A stretch of 64,000 nucleotides of DNA from a virus (taxonomy: Duplodnaviria; Heunggongvirae; Uroviricota; Caudoviricetes). Both the position numbers and the translations under genes were made by a program. The notes beneath the pieces are model-generated. The model made no database searches and was not told the DNA's origin. It worked only from the letters and a program-made list of their open reading frames with translations. The DNA lies in the IMG/VR virus record IMGVR_UViG_3300031787_000010, positions 73,429 through 137,428 of that record; one strand, written 5' to 3'. Positions within the stretch are counted from its first letter, which is position 1; each line of letters begins with the position of its first letter. Positions 63,931 through 64,000 of the stretch are shown one piece after another.

Positions 63931-64000
63931 ATATTAATCTCGTACCATATCTCTGTCAAGTAATGCGACAATTGCTTCCTTCCACTTGGTGCCTAAATAA

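Noticed and set aside
1-64000. CRISPR arrays, insertion sequences, transposases, integrases, rRNA
   Set aside because: No regularly spaced direct repeats, terminal inverted repeats with transposase ORFs, or rRNA-like regions were seen. The only repeats are the two hairpin copies and the short promoter-associated inverted repeats.

Overview
This window is a dense, almost entirely minus-strand block of a large lytic dsDNA phage genome. It contains about 95 coding genes with very short or overlapping junctions, including many ATGA and TAATG start/stop overlaps. The only plus-strand unit is a two-gene island at 28658..30248.

Recognisable content:
(1) a DNA replication and recombination core: gp32-like SSB, UvsX/RecA, RNase H/FEN, DnaB-like helicase, family-B DNA polymerase, clamp-loader ATPase, probable sliding clamp, ATP-dependent DNA ligase, Cas4-like nuclease, and a minimal family-A polymerase;
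(2) a nucleotide-metabolism block: ribonucleotide reductase, two thioredoxins, dUTPase, dCMP deaminase, ThyX, and a short PurA homolog that is a candidate PurZ (2-aminoadenine pathway);
(3) an unusually large glycan/sugar-nucleotide toolkit: RmlA, RmlB, Gmd, an RfbH/E1-like PLP enzyme, SDR reductases, six GT2/GT4 glycosyltransferases, a cupin/HAD/nucleotidyltransferase GDP-mannose-type module, a UDP-glucose-dehydrogenase-like protein, and an 856-aa SDR-cupin-methyltransferase fusion;
(4) a MoxR-AAA/VWA (CobS/CobT-like) pair flanked by two copies of a conserved hairpin;
(5) an endolysin next to an atypical 104-nt tRNA-like gene, a DNA methyltransferase, a SpoU-family RNA methyltransferase, and a ClpP-like protease.

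Regulatory architecture is striking. At least nine sigma70-type promoters (TTGAC[A/T]-N17/18-TATATT or near variants) sit at operon starts. Most are embedded inside GC-rich inverted repeats that probably act as intrinsic terminators for the upstream transcript, so they form composite terminator-promoter modules. A second recurring intergenic motif, TATAAATA on the plus strand (TATTTATAGATAC on the gene strand), appears at five operon junctions.

No CRISPR array, transposase or rRNA was seen.
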